Virus record (IMG/VR): IMGVR_UViG_3300037205_000062
Location: 64,001-128,000 of that record
Origin: a virus
Reading direction: 5' to 3' (one strand)
DNA length: 64,000 nucleotides
Positions within the stretch are counted from its first letter, which is position 1; the number at the start of each line of letters is the position of its first letter. The notes beneath the pieces were generated by a model. It saw nothing but the letters and a program-made list of their open reading frames with translations, was not told the origin of the DNA and searched no databases. A program made the position numbers and the translations under genes. This document shows, piece after piece, positions 7,906 to 19,296 of this stretch.

Positions 7906-10900
7906 GTGGCAAAAGGTATGAATTTAACTGGAACACCTAACAATATTATAATAAACAACATTTTAAGTGGTTATTATAGTGAAAATGTTATTGTGGGTAT
8001 TAAACCACATTTATTTGATTTTTCTAGCCCTACCTATTTAATTAATAATTTTCAAGCCCCGTACGATGCTAAATTAAATATATTTACAGGAAACCAAAAT
8101 TCTTTACAAGCAGTTGGTAGAAAGATACCAAATCCTACTACTCCTAGTTTTGACTCAAATCGTAGTGGAGTTTTATATTATAGTGATAATGCCACAATTT
8201 ATGGAGTATGTCATGGTTTTAGTGGAGATTCTTTAACATATTATCAAGGTTATAATTTCTATAATGCTCATTATGCACCTGGTTATTTTTCGCCACCATT
8301 TGGTGAAAACATATCTATTCTTAAATATGATACTAATGATGATGAAAGCGTATTAGGAGAAGGTGTATGCTCAGACTTAAATATAACAGAATATAATGAA
8401 ATATATGGTATCAATTCTTTTGTTTCTAGTGAAGCTAATATAACTTCTAATGATTTACAAGCTGGTAATTCAATGCTTTTATCTACTCCAAAAGCGGCTT
8501 GTCCAGAAGATGCTGTTTCTGATTTTTTTGATGAATGGGCACTATATCCAATTCAAGGTACTGTCACTGAATTAGGGGCTAATAATCTTTTTAATGGAAA
8601 TCCAATACCTACATCGTTAGATAATTATGAAATTAGATTATTAAGTCGTTATTCTACATTTGTATCTGGAGGTGGTTCAACTGGAATAACTTATCTAAAT
8701 TATAATAGTAGCGGACAACCAATAGCTTCTTATTTTCCTTCATCTCAACAGAATAAATTAAATAATACTCTTTGTGAAGCTCAAATTATTGAAACTTCAA
8801 CAGATTTTGGTATTGGAACTAATGGTCTTCAATTATTACTCGTACCTGACGCTGGAAATTCGGCAGTAGGAAGTCAAGCTAGTTTTATTGGCGTTGCCGA
8901 TCCTTGGAACATGTGGCAATTTAATTTTGAAGAAAATTCAGATTCTTTTCCATTTTCAGATGGATTTAGTGTGGAAGGGGGTGGGGTACATCAATTATTA
9001 GCTAGTGAAGGAACGGCTTTATTTAATTCGACATTAGCTGTAGAAGATAATTATTGGCAAAATAGACAATGTCCATCTACGGTTGATTATCTACCTTGGA
9101 CATTTGGCGCATCAATTTATGCGTGCCCTTCATATCATTTCGATATACCTTATTATGCAGCAATAAATAAGTTTGGATTTTATGGTATGAGGTTTATGAA
9201 TAATTGCGCTGGATTAAGTTTAACTTATCCTTATAGTGGAGTTCCAAACGCAATGGAAGTACAACAAAGTTTTACTCCACAACCTATTGGTGTTGGTAAG
9301 AATGAACCAGAAGGAATTGACGCTTTTGGTAGTCAAGGAAATTTTACTCAATATGATAATTTGTTATCAATAGCTAAAGCTGAATCATCTTATTCAAATA
9401 TGTATGCCTTGAATAAGGGATTTTTTATTTGGTCAAATAATCAATATATCAATACAACATCTCAATTTAATCAATTAAATCAAAAATATCCAGGTTTTAT
9501 TTATTTATATAGTGGTTTAATTAGCCCGTTTCAAAATATTTTTAGCGGTGGAATTACTGGATATTCTAAATTTGAACCAGATTTTATTAATAATAACGCT
9601 GGTAATATAATTAGTAGTAGTTGGATAGCTGATACCTTACTTACTAATAATGTATATAATACATTTATTCAAAATTTACCAAATATTTTAAGTGGTCAAG
9701 ATTATAATCTTTGGAATGAAATTGAAAATGCCTATGCCTATTATGTAACAAATGGTCAAGGAAGTGTTAATGAATCCTTTTATGAAAATCTTATTACTGG
9801 TAGAGATGCCAGATTATTGACTAGATATTTTAATAATTTAGTAACCGCAAATCCTATAGATTTATTTCCGTTAAATCAAGTTATATTTTCATATGATAAA
9901 GCTCAAGACTATTTAGAAAGTACTGGTTGGAATAGATTAACTACTTCATTTGGTTTAAATTCTCCTATACCGCAAATTAATAGAAGATATTTTGTTGGAG
10001 CTTATGGAAATGGTGGTGATATTTCTGGTGTGATCCAAGCTATGAATCAATTATCTCTTGTAAATGGAAGTTATTTCTATCCTGGGTTTTTTAATGATGT
10101 TAATATTAATAAAGATATGCCAGCATTAAAATATGAATCTGTTAATTCTGGAATTATATTAGACGAAAAATTAAGATCATTTTCTCCAAGTGGATGGTTG
10201 GCGCTAGGATATGGTGGAATTGGACAATTAGATAAGAATTTTTCTTGTTTTACTCCTATTTTTATTCAACAACCATTACAACAAGTTTATTGTAAGATAG
10301 GACAAGCTCCTACTTTAAGGTCTTTAGCCGTAGATTATCATACTATTCCAGAAGATAAAATTTCTTATCGTTATACAGAATTAGTTTATTGGTTACAAAA
10401 ATTAAAAATTGTAGATAATAGTTTTAATAATCTTTATCCATTACAATATAAATGGTATAGAGTGCCAAAAGGAAATTATTCTACTATGGTTCAACAAGGT
10501 AATTTCGCTTTAGCTACTCCTAGTTCTTCTACTGGAAATTGGGCATGTTTAGAAGGAGATGGACCAGATTGCACTGTAATCAATCCATTACTATCTTTAC
10601 CAACTGGAACATTAGGTTCGACAGACAATTATACATTTGTCAAAGGAATTACTTATGGAACTGATGATTCGTATTTTTACTTTTGTATGGTATCTGGAAG
10701 ATTTGGTATTAGAATGAGTGAAGCAAGCTCGTTAGTTGTCGAAAATTGGGCTAGATTTGATGTATCTTTTAAAAATGCTATTAATGCCAATGCTAGTCTT
10801 TCAATATCATTTATGATTAATGATGGATTAGGAAATAATCAACAAATTAATTTTCCAACTTCTAGTAGTTATCCTCCATATAATGGTTATCAACGTGATG

Positions 10901-12603
10901 AATATGCCGTAGTAGAAAATCAAGCAAGTCAAAAAATTCCACCACCAAATGCTGGTTATGGAGATGTATCAGCTTTAGCTCCAGTTGGACCAATTAAATA
11001 TATAGGAGCATTAAGAAGTTATACACCCTCAACAGTACGAGATACCAGAGGATTAAGAGAAGATTGGGGCAGATTTATAGATTATGGAACTTTAGTTCCA
11101 TTTTATAAAATTTTATCTCAAAACGAAGGGGATTGGTTATATGGATATAGTCATTTACCAATTTGTAATAATTATCAAATGAATAATGGACAAGCTGGTA
11201 TTCAAATTTCTCCAACTTTAAATGGAAATAAAATTTTACATTGGAGTTTAAGTCAAAGAGCAGTAGCGTCTTATCAACAAACTTGGGTTGGCGTACCTTG
11301 GGAACAACTTAATACTTTTGGAGCTTTATATCCTCCAATAACCCCATCTGATTATGAAGCTGGACAGGATTATGAATCGTTGGGTATTGGACAATGGCAA
11401 TGGTATAATAATTTTGGTGCTATTAAAAGATTTGGACATAATTCTACTTATCAAACTAATGATATTGTGTTAGTCGGTAATGGCTCTCCTAGTTCTAATG
11501 ATCAAGCTGGTTATAATACTCAAATAGCTTTAATTAAACAGAAATGGATTAAATCAACTGATTTAGCTGGATATAATTGTGGTTATACACCATTTGGTTT
11601 AGGACGTAATATGATTTTTTATATTGAAGCTTTTGATAGATTCTATATTTATTGTGATCCTCTAAAGAAAAAAAACGTTCAAGACCTTAATTATATGAAT
11701 CCTGGAATTAGATTAGGTAATTCATCTATTCAATATTTTTGGTTAGGCAAACCTAATAATACATATGTTGAACGTAGAGCAATGTATGGACCCTATGCTT
11801 ATCAATGGAGAGTGAGAAAACATAATAGAGATCGTAATGGTAATGGCATATCTCAAGGTTTTTATTCTATGGGATGGGAAGCTCCATATTCAGAAATGTA
11901 TGATGCTCCCGCTATTTATGGACTTTATTCTAAAGTAATGGATTCTCCACAATCTATGGCTAATATAAATAATATTACTCAATTAAGAAATACCGCTGGA
12001 TATTTAACGGAAATAGGATTAAGAGGAAATTGGTTTGGAACAACTAATGATGAAGGTACTTCTAATACTTATGGAAGTACTTGGCTAGGAGATTGTAGTA
12101 ATGGTGGAGCTGCTTGTAATTATTATAGTGCTTTTTCTGAATTAGCTGGCCAACCAGATTTTGAAAATTACGCCTGTACTCCATTAATGATTCAAAATAA
12201 ACAATGTTTTGACCCATGTTTAAGCATAAGATATGCCCAAGGGTTTTTTCCTGGAGGAAAGTCTCAAAATATGTTTAATTTGTATGGTTCTAATAAGAAT
12301 ATTAGATTAGTTCCAACAGCTAATAATGCTGGTAATTCTCCTATTTTATATGATGAACAATCACAGATTGATAAATCTACTTTTTTTAGAAGTCCAGTTA
12401 ATACACCACATGCTCAACTTATGAGAATATTGGGAAATACTATTGTAGGAATAAGTCCTTGCAAGGACGGAGGAAGTGATCATTGTAATTATATTACTCC
12501 CACTGTTCACTTAGGAACGAGTAGTTTTTTACAAGGACAAACAACATCATTTTTAGCATTAGTTAATCTAATGGAGTCAATTGTTGGAAACTATAGCGGA
12601 TAA
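7906..12603 (+). CDS. Large virion structural/tail-associated protein with an Ig-like domain
   Basis: 1565 aa, N/G/S/Y-rich; internal PIFIQQP...G..PTL...YKWY...D.YFYFCMVS...S..LVV Ig-like signature. Confidence 0.65.
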   Translation: MAKGMNLTGTPNNIIINNILSGYYSENVIVGIKPHLFDFSSPTYLINNFQAPYDAKLNIFTGNQNSLQAVGRKIPNPTTPSFDSNRSGVLYYSDNATIYGVCHGFSGDSLTYYQGYNFYNAHYAPGYFSPPFGENISILKYDTNDDESVLGEGVCSDLNITEYNEIYGINSFVSSEANITSNDLQAGNSMLLSTPKAACPEDAVSDFFDEWALYPIQGTVTELGANNLFNGNPIPTSLDNYEIRLLSRYSTFVSGGGSTGITYLNYNSSGQPIASYFPSSQQNKLNNTLCEAQIIETSTDFGIGTNGLQLLLVPDAGNSAVGSQASFIGVADPWNMWQFNFEENSDSFPFSDGFSVEGGGVHQLLASEGTALFNSTLAVEDNYWQNRQCPSTVDYLPWTFGASIYACPSYHFDIPYYAAINKFGFYGMRFMNNCAGLSLTYPYSGVPNAMEVQQSFTPQPIGVGKNEPEGIDAFGSQGNFTQYDNLLSIAKAESSYSNMYALNKGFFIWSNNQYINTTSQFNQLNQKYPGFIYLYSGLISPFQNIFSGGITGYSKFEPDFINNNAGNIISSSWIADTLLTNNVYNTFIQNLPNILSGQDYNLWNEIENAYAYYVTNGQGSVNESFYENLITGRDARLLTRYFNNLVTANPIDLFPLNQVIFSYDKAQDYLESTGWNRLTTSFGLNSPIPQINRRYFVGAYGNGGDISGVIQAMNQLSLVNGSYFYPGFFNDVNINKDMPALKYESVNSGIILDEKLRSFSPSGWLALGYGGIGQLDKNFSCFTPIFIQQPLQQVYCKIGQAPTLRSLAVDYHTIPEDKISYRYTELVYWLQKLKIVDNSFNNLYPLQYKWYRVPKGNYSTMVQQGNFALATPSSSTGNWACLEGDGPDCTVINPLLSLPTGTLGSTDNYTFVKGITYGTDDSYFYFCMVSGRFGIRMSEASSLVVENWARFDVSFKNAINANASLSISFMINDGLGNNQQINFPTSSSYPPYNGYQRDEYAVVENQASQKIPPPNAGYGDVSALAPVGPIKYIGALRSYTPSTVRDTRGLREDWGRFIDYGTLVPFYKILSQNEGDWLYGYSHLPICNNYQMNNGQAGIQISPTLNGNKILHWSLSQRAVASYQQTWVGVPWEQLNTFGALYPPITPSDYEAGQDYESLGIGQWQWYNNFGAIKRFGHNSTYQTNDIVLVGNGSPSSNDQAGYNTQIALIKQKWIKSTDLAGYNCGYTPFGLGRNMIFYIEAFDRFYIYCDPLKKKNVQDLNYMNPGIRLGNSSIQYFWLGKPNNTYVERRAMYGPYAYQWRVRKHNRDRNGNGISQGFYSMGWEAPYSEMYDAPAIYGLYSKVMDSPQSMANINNITQLRNTAGYLTEIGLRGNWFGTTNDEGTSNTYGSTWLGDCSNGGAACNYYSAFSELAGQPDFENYACTPLMIQNKQCFDPCLSIRYAQGFFPGGKSQNMFNLYGSNKNIRLVPTANNAGNSPILYDEQSQIDKSTFFRSPVNTPHAQLMRILGNTIVGISPCKDGGSDHCNYITPTVHLGTSSFLQGQTTSFLALVNLMESIVGNYSG

Positions 12604-12623
12604 ACAATATAATAAATAACAAT

Positions 12624-15600
12624 ATGATAACGTCTGTTAGTAATTTGTTTGGATTTTCTACCACCGTAGCTAATATAAGAGCTACAGTATTAGGTCAATC
12701 ACCCATAAGAGAAGGATTATGTAATTCATTTGTACAAGCATTTGATTTTTCTAGTTCTTATGGTGCTACTATTTATCAACAAGTAAAGAATAATTCTAAT
12801 ATTCAAAATACTCCAGGATTTAATATTGGAAGTACTTATGATTCTATAGAACAACAATTTTATAATATATTAAATACTTCTTTTCCAAATGAATCAATAC
12901 AAAACAAAAAGAATTTAGCATTAGCGGCCAATGCTTTAGTATTTGGATATTATGTTTACAATAATATAAATTTATCTGATTTCGTTAATCTTATGGGACA
13001 GTTAATGTATTATGTATCTACTGTTATTAATAATAGTCCTATCTTCGGAGTAAATAATAGTTCAAATGTAATTACTCCATTTACATCTTCAGTTATTCAA
13101 ACTTTATTAAATAGTAATTATACACAAGTTATAGAAAATATGTCAGGGGCACCTAGAAATTCCCCCATTGAAGTAGTTAATTATAATTGGTACGAAACTC
13201 AAAATATTTTTTCTAATCCCAATTTACAATTAATGAAAGATATAGAAAATCAATATTACTATATTTCTGGTCAATTAATATATCAAGGAGATGAGTCTAA
13301 TTTACCAAATTGTATTGAAATACCTTTAACAATTAATACATTAACAGGTACAATTAATTCAACATATTTTCTTAATCAACCCTGTGTAGATCAAACACAA
13401 TATATTGGGCCAGTTACAGGAGTATCGTTTTATAGAGAATTTAATGATGGTCCTTTTTCATCTGGTGATTTTACGGCTGATGTTCAACAACAATATATAG
13501 AATTTGATCAAAGTGTTTTATCTGGTTATCAATATCAAAGTAATGCTAAAATTTTATATTCATTTTTAACTGGTAGTGACAGTGGTTATCTTCCAGTAGC
13601 ATTTCCATATGTTTATACTGATGCTAATGGTATTTATAATTTAGATCAGGAATATATTAATATACCAGAGACTTATGAATGTTCTCAGGTATATAGTTCC
13701 ATGCATATAGGTAGTAATTGGCAGAGAATTAGATGTCAACGAGATATACATGGTAATTGTATTAATTGCGAAGAAACTAATTTAACTGGATTCAAATTCG
13801 CGACTTTAGAACTTGACTATCAAAATTGGTATAGAAAATATTCTTATGTTAAAACAAATCCACCGACATCTATTGATAGACTGTTGGCAAGGGCTTTGAA
13901 TATTTTGCCTTATTCATATATTTCGGAGCCAAATACGGATAATAACTTAATAACAGTAAATTCATCTATTAATCAACCATATTTAGGTTATCCTCAATTA
14001 ACTGGACAAAATGCCTTACCTACTATAGCATTTTTTCAAACTTTTAGTAGTCCTACCTTTAATGTAGAACCATCTTTAGCTATATATCCAGCTATAGGAA
14101 CTTCTTATAACGGTACTAATACTGGTTCAGATAGAACTTATGAAATTTCATCTAATTTGATTTTTTCTGGTATTTCATCAATTAATCCGCCAATAGGTTC
14201 TACTGGAGTCAAAGTATTACCATTTGGTGTAGTTATTACATCTTCTGGTAATACAGATGATATATCTAAACAATTTTTTGGTATGGGTGATAATTTAGGT
14301 AATCAATTTACCATTCTTGAAACATTAAATTATAATGCTGGATATGCTTATACTGGAATCGTATTAAGTGGCAGTGGAATATTAGAAAATATTATTTTAT
14401 ATAACAATAATACAGATACAGCTTATCCAATTTTAGGAAGTCAATATCAATATATTGATTTAATTAGTGGATATTCTAATGGTAATGGCAATCAATATGT
14501 TATTACGCAAATGTATGCTCAAGATAATTCTGGAAATTTAATATCATACTATTATCTTGATAATAGAAATTTACCATTAGATTTACAAGTATCAGAAAAT
14601 GAATTAGTTTCTTTTTGTCCATTGCCTGACGTATTTGAAAATAATCTTCAATATAATAGAATATCTGGTACTCAAATAGTTGAGAATTATTTACCACGTT
14701 TTAGTTCTGGGGCATACTCTTTAGAAACAGAAACATTTTTATATCCAAACGCGTCTTTAGCAGATTCATTATATAAAAGTAAAATAAATGGTTTTCCATT
14801 AAGAATTAAATTTGTATTAAATATTAGAGAAGAAACTGTTAGAGAATTATATTCAAAATTTTTTATTACATCTAATGGCTCAATATCTGATATACCATAT
14901 TATGTTAATGTTATTAGACCAAATTCAAATGGGCAAATAGATAACAATATTTTACCTACAATGAGAACAATTTTTGTTCCCGATAATTCTTATTATTCAT
15001 TTCAATATAATTTTAACAATTTTGGAATGGATACCAATAATGATTCGTTTCAATATACTGCCGATCTTTCTATGGTAGACAATAACTGGAGTCCATATAT
15101 TAGTAGATATTTTTATCAAAATATAGGAAATCCAACTTTATTTAAGCAATTTAATCAAACAAATTTTTCAGCTACAAATTATTTTACTCCTTCTGGAAGA
15201 AATTCAATTATATATAACAATGAAAATAATCCTTTTGATCAAGGGGTAAGATTAACTGGTAATGGAGGTAAACAAAGTGTTTGGTTTACTGGGACTGGTA
15301 ATAATAATTCATTTAATTTTTATCAAGAAATACCAATGGGTAATGGACTTTTTCATTATTATAAACCTCTTCAAATTACTGGATATTTATTATATACTCC
15401 ACCATATTTTGATCTTTCTTCTGGACAGGGATATATAAATAACGCTATCCAAGAAGCGTTTTCATTAATGGTTAATGAAAGTACAAATGCTGGACCGATG
15501 AACTGTAACGTTTCTAATGATGGAGGTTGCGCAGTAGTTGAGGGAGCATATTATCAAAATATTCATGGAATAACTGGATTTATTCCAGAAGGAGTTGACC

Positions 15601-17453
15601 CTATATTTTTGCAATATATGGGTGGAAGGAGTGGGGGTTATTTAGTTCAACAAGAAGGTGGTTATCATCCAGAGGGTATCATTGGTGATTTATGGAATAA
15701 TTTTTCATTTCAAAGATATGGTATGTTGGGTTGTTCTCAATTTTCTCCTTGTTGTCCGATTACAAGATGGGCGCATTATGATAATAGTTTGGTATTAATT
15801 AGTTCTAATCCGACTGCTACTAATTTATTTTTAAGAGCATTGTCATATAATCCTTTTATTATGCCAATTTCTGGATTTAATAAATTTATTGGTTCTGAAA
15901 CTTATGCTTATAATTTAGATAATAATAGTGGGCCTCTTAATTTAAAATTTTCTGGAGATTATGCTACTTTTGATTTAAAAACATATATGCCAATTAGAAA
16001 TATTTCTGGGGCATATTTTTATGATCCAACTGGTCTTATTATAGGTCCATTTGATAGAGATATGGAATTGGGTGTACTTGGTTCAAATCAAATATATACT
16101 AATGCTAATCTTTACTGTAATAATAATCAATTAACTGATCCAAGTGGTTTTGGGGGTTGTGATATTAATGCTCAAATTTATTCTCAAGGAGCATTGAATA
16201 GTGGTATAATTCCAAATAAAAATGGTAGAGATGCTAATTTTACAATTTTTGCTGTTATTCCTAAAGGTGGTTATGCTACGTTTAATTTATCTGGTTTAAA
16301 TAGTGGTCAAATTGGATTTGGTAATGTAACTGGAGTTAGTGGAATTCAACTTAATTATTCTTCAGTATCTTTAAGACCAAGAAAGTTAATTAATTTATCT
16401 TTATATGATCCTAATATTCATTATGGAGAAGAGGGATGGATTAATCCAAGATGTTTTATTAACAATGGAATGGAACAAAAATTTTCTTTTAATACAAGTC
16501 AATTTGAAGATTTAACATCTCAAATTTTTACATTTACAACTTATAGTCAATCAGGACAACTTTTTCCAATTCCAAATTTAGATTTTACTGGATTAGCAAA
16601 TGTTGATCAATACGGAAATTTTATTTATCCATCTACAGCCACGGTAGAACAATATTGGAAAAATTATGCCATTAAAAATAATCAAACAATTATAGTATCT
16701 GGGTGGAGAGAGGGAAGTAGAATGTCATTTCAATTTTCAGATATTGAAGTGGAATATGATCAAATGCCATATCAAATACATAGTCTTTATAATCCGTCTG
16801 GAAATTGTATTGTTACTGGAGAAATGGGGTATGTATGTCAAGCAGAAGCTTCTATTTTTTCTGCTGGAGTAATTATACAAGATAATACTCCTCCTATTCC
16901 TGATGGAATAAATACCTATAATCCTTCTTATTTTTCTGATATATTAACTAGATTACCATTTTTAACTGGTATTTCTGGAAATGCTATTATTCCTGTTTTG
17001 CCCGCTCCATCTACAATGATTCAGAGGCAAAACGTTCCTATGATTTCTGGCGGTCAAAGTTATAATAAATTATTGAATTATCCACCATATGATTATAATA
17101 AATATGATTGGCAAGCATATAGTGATTTAGAAACTTTAAATCCTGGAGAGACTTTAGAGGCACAATTACCAGATGATCCAATTTCATTTGTTAAATCGTC
17201 TTTGCAATTTAGCGCATCTCAAGGACAACCATTACCCAATGGAAAAAATAATCCTATTATAGATCAAATTTATGATGTATCAGGGGCGTACCAACTTTAC
17301 GATAGTATAGCTACCGATGCTCTTATTAACAGTGGTAAATGTATTACACAACTTCGTGGAGTAAAAGTTCGTATTCAACAAAGTCAAGACTTATCTGGAC
17401 TTTTAGCCCCATTGGGAACATCCTTAACCATGATTAAGAACGGAATTACTTAA
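12624..17453 (+). CDS. Large virion structural protein
   Basis: 1609 aa, N/S/G/Y-rich with many SG/TG dipeptides; co-oriented with the previous gene. Confidence 0.6.
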   Translation: MITSVSNLFGFSTTVANIRATVLGQSPIREGLCNSFVQAFDFSSSYGATIYQQVKNNSNIQNTPGFNIGSTYDSIEQQFYNILNTSFPNESIQNKKNLALAANALVFGYYVYNNINLSDFVNLMGQLMYYVSTVINNSPIFGVNNSSNVITPFTSSVIQTLLNSNYTQVIENMSGAPRNSPIEVVNYNWYETQNIFSNPNLQLMKDIENQYYYISGQLIYQGDESNLPNCIEIPLTINTLTGTINSTYFLNQPCVDQTQYIGPVTGVSFYREFNDGPFSSGDFTADVQQQYIEFDQSVLSGYQYQSNAKILYSFLTGSDSGYLPVAFPYVYTDANGIYNLDQEYINIPETYECSQVYSSMHIGSNWQRIRCQRDIHGNCINCEETNLTGFKFATLELDYQNWYRKYSYVKTNPPTSIDRLLARALNILPYSYISEPNTDNNLITVNSSINQPYLGYPQLTGQNALPTIAFFQTFSSPTFNVEPSLAIYPAIGTSYNGTNTGSDRTYEISSNLIFSGISSINPPIGSTGVKVLPFGVVITSSGNTDDISKQFFGMGDNLGNQFTILETLNYNAGYAYTGIVLSGSGILENIILYNNNTDTAYPILGSQYQYIDLISGYSNGNGNQYVITQMYAQDNSGNLISYYYLDNRNLPLDLQVSENELVSFCPLPDVFENNLQYNRISGTQIVENYLPRFSSGAYSLETETFLYPNASLADSLYKSKINGFPLRIKFVLNIREETVRELYSKFFITSNGSISDIPYYVNVIRPNSNGQIDNNILPTMRTIFVPDNSYYSFQYNFNNFGMDTNNDSFQYTADLSMVDNNWSPYISRYFYQNIGNPTLFKQFNQTNFSATNYFTPSGRNSIIYNNENNPFDQGVRLTGNGGKQSVWFTGTGNNNSFNFYQEIPMGNGLFHYYKPLQITGYLLYTPPYFDLSSGQGYINNAIQEAFSLMVNESTNAGPMNCNVSNDGGCAVVEGAYYQNIHGITGFIPEGVDPIFLQYMGGRSGGYLVQQEGGYHPEGIIGDLWNNFSFQRYGMLGCSQFSPCCPITRWAHYDNSLVLISSNPTATNLFLRALSYNPFIMPISGFNKFIGSETYAYNLDNNSGPLNLKFSGDYATFDLKTYMPIRNISGAYFYDPTGLIIGPFDRDMELGVLGSNQIYTNANLYCNNNQLTDPSGFGGCDINAQIYSQGALNSGIIPNKNGRDANFTIFAVIPKGGYATFNLSGLNSGQIGFGNVTGVSGIQLNYSSVSLRPRKLINLSLYDPNIHYGEEGWINPRCFINNGMEQKFSFNTSQFEDLTSQIFTFTTYSQSGQLFPIPNLDFTGLANVDQYGNFIYPSTATVEQYWKNYAIKNNQTIIVSGWREGSRMSFQFSDIEVEYDQMPYQIHSLYNPSGNCIVTGEMGYVCQAEASIFSAGVIIQDNTPPIPDGINTYNPSYFSDILTRLPFLTGISGNAIIPVLPAPSTMIQRQNVPMISGGQSYNKLLNYPPYDYNKYDWQAYSDLETLNPGETLEAQLPDDPISFVKSSLQFSASQGQPLPNGKNNPIIDQIYDVSGAYQLYDSIATDALINSGKCITQLRGVKVRIQQSQDLSGLLAPLGTSLTMIKNGIT

Positions 17454-17463
17454 GTAATATTTT

Positions 17464-18669
17464 TTATTCATTTCCAGAATCTTTAAGCTGAGCTAAAGAT
17501 ACATATATCTTATTTTGTTGTATAGATATACTTTTGGCAAATACGGTATTATCTTCTTTTTTTTGTCCCTTTATAATAACAATATCATTAGCTTTAGGAA
17601 GAGTACCATTAATCTCTTTACATTCTTGTAAACTGTCATTAAATATCATCACGTTCATAGTACCTGTTTCGTCAGAAATTGAATACTTAGCATATTGACT
17701 TCCATTAGGATTTTTTTCGCTCTTATTTTTTGATAATCCAAGTTTTGGATTATCATCAACTATACCAACAAAAATACAATTAGTTTTATCTAATTCTCCA
17801 CTTAAATCATTTACTGAAATTAAAGAAGGAACATCATTAATAAATATATCAATAAGTTTAGTTTTCGTAGAATATCCTAATAAGGTTTTCTCATACCACC
17901 AATTAGCAAAATCTTGACAAATTTTATTTTTTTCATAGATTTCTTTGTATTTTTCCATCTTTTTCTTTATAGTTTCAAAACGCGATTCTTTAATTAAAAA
18001 TTTACTTTTTTCATCTTTTAATTCTTTAACCATAGCATTAACTAAAATAGGTAACTTATATTCATATTTTTCAGCATATGACATGGCTAATCTTTTTTCT
18101 TTTTCAGTTAATACGTTCCATAATTGGGCTTCATAAACTAAAAATACTCTATTTTTACCAAATTGTTCTAATGTGCCCGCTTGAATTAATGCGGAAACTA
18201 CACCTATAGTTAGTCCAGCTTGTTTAGCTGATTCAAATAATTCAAATTTATTAGCATGTTTTCTTTTAAAATTATTAAGTTTTTCAATAGTTTTTTCACT
18301 AATACCTTTAATAGATGATAAACCGAATCTAATATTTTTTCCTTCAATAGTGAAATCCATTTCAGAAAGAGTTAAACTTGGTGGTAATAATTCAATATTA
18401 AAATACTGCATTTCTTTATGAATTTTAGATATTTCGCCAATTGGGTCTGGTTCGTGTCTTGTCATCCTCAATAATGAAAGATAAAATTCTTTAGGATGGT
18501 TAAATTTTAAAAATACAGAAATAGCACTTAACGCACTATAAGAAAAACTATGGCTATTAGATGTAACCATACCCTCCGCATAAAAGTTGTGGTCTGGATG
18601 ATTAACTTCTAAATCTATAGTAGGTTTTATACCTAAAGATTTAATTGATTTTATTTTTAAAAGTTGCAT
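17464..18669 (-). CDS. dnaE: DNA polymerase III alpha C-terminal part with N-terminal split intein C-half (IntC, 38 aa)
   Basis: MQLLKIKSIKSLGIKPTIDLEV...HNFYAEGMVTSN|SHSFSYS..., then HhH (IRFGLSSIKGI) and OB fold (ISDETG). Confidence 0.92.
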   Translation of the reverse strand: MQLLKIKSIKSLGIKPTIDLEVNHPDHNFYAEGMVTSNSHSFSYSALSAISVFLKFNHPKEFYLSLLRMTRHEPDPIGEISKIHKEMQYFNIELLPPSLTLSEMDFTIEGKNIRFGLSSIKGISEKTIEKLNNFKRKHANKFELFESAKQAGLTIGVVSALIQAGTLEQFGKNRVFLVYEAQLWNVLTEKEKRLAMSYAEKYEYKLPILVNAMVKELKDEKSKFLIKESRFETIKKKMEKYKEIYEKNKICQDFANWWYEKTLLGYSTKTKLIDIFINDVPSLISVNDLSGELDKTNCIFVGIVDDNPKLGLSKNKSEKNPNGSQYAKYSISDETGTMNVMIFNDSLQECKEINGTLPKANDIVIIKGQKKEDNTVFAKSISIQQNKIYVSLAQLKDSGNE

Positions 18670-18670
18670 A

Positions 18671-19246
18671 TTATAATTTAATAGAATTTTCTACTTGATT
18701 TCCAAATACATCCCATCCATTTGTTTGTTGACGTGCGAAAAGCTCCACCCTTGGAATATTACCACAAAGTTCAACAATTCTATTTCTTACTTCATCTGGT
18801 TTTTTACTATGTTGTTCTCTTGGGCTTTGAATTAAAGCTCTAACTTTACGATTTTTGACAAGTTTGGTAGCGTTTTTACCTTTAGTAGCCAACAAACATA
18901 ACTCTACTCCAGATTTAAGAGTATAAGTTCCCATAAAACATACTGGCTGATTTTTCTTGTTTAGCTTTTGCCAAACGAATCCAACGGTTTTGTAATCAAA
19001 TCCCCATTCTTTGATAACCTCGCAACACCTAGATAAATGGTAATCAGTTGTCTAGATAAATAGGATACAATCATCGTCAGCAATATTCTTAACTGGCAAC
19101 GCTTTAATATCTTCACTAGACATTACGGGATATGGCACTTTACGCATCAAACCTAGTCCAAAATGATTCTTTTCTGGAATAACAGTCATATCGTTATAAT
19201 ATGACCAAGGTGGGTCTGCATAAATTATATTATATTTTTTACTCAT
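18671..19246 (-). pseudogene. MT-A70-family adenine methyltransferase interrupted by one in-frame TAG (19052-19054)
   Basis: IIYADPPW...CILFI*TTDYHL...WGFDYKTVGFVWQK...ELCLLATKG...HSKKP...ELFAR is one continuous frame; the TAG sits at the conserved Trp. Confidence 0.85.
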
Positions 19247-19267
19247 ATTAAATTCAATTCCTATAGA

Positions 19268-19296
19268 ATAATATCACATCATTAGTTTACTGTCAA
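19268..19296 (-). promoter_or_regulatory. Sigma70-type promoter for methylase and dnaE C-half
   Basis: TTGACA-17-TATTAT. Confidence 0.7.

Noticed and set aside
19052-19054. Genome-wide TAG recoding (genetic code 15/16)
   Set aside because: Long genes are intact under code 11, only one in-frame TAG was found, and it replaces Trp rather than Gln.
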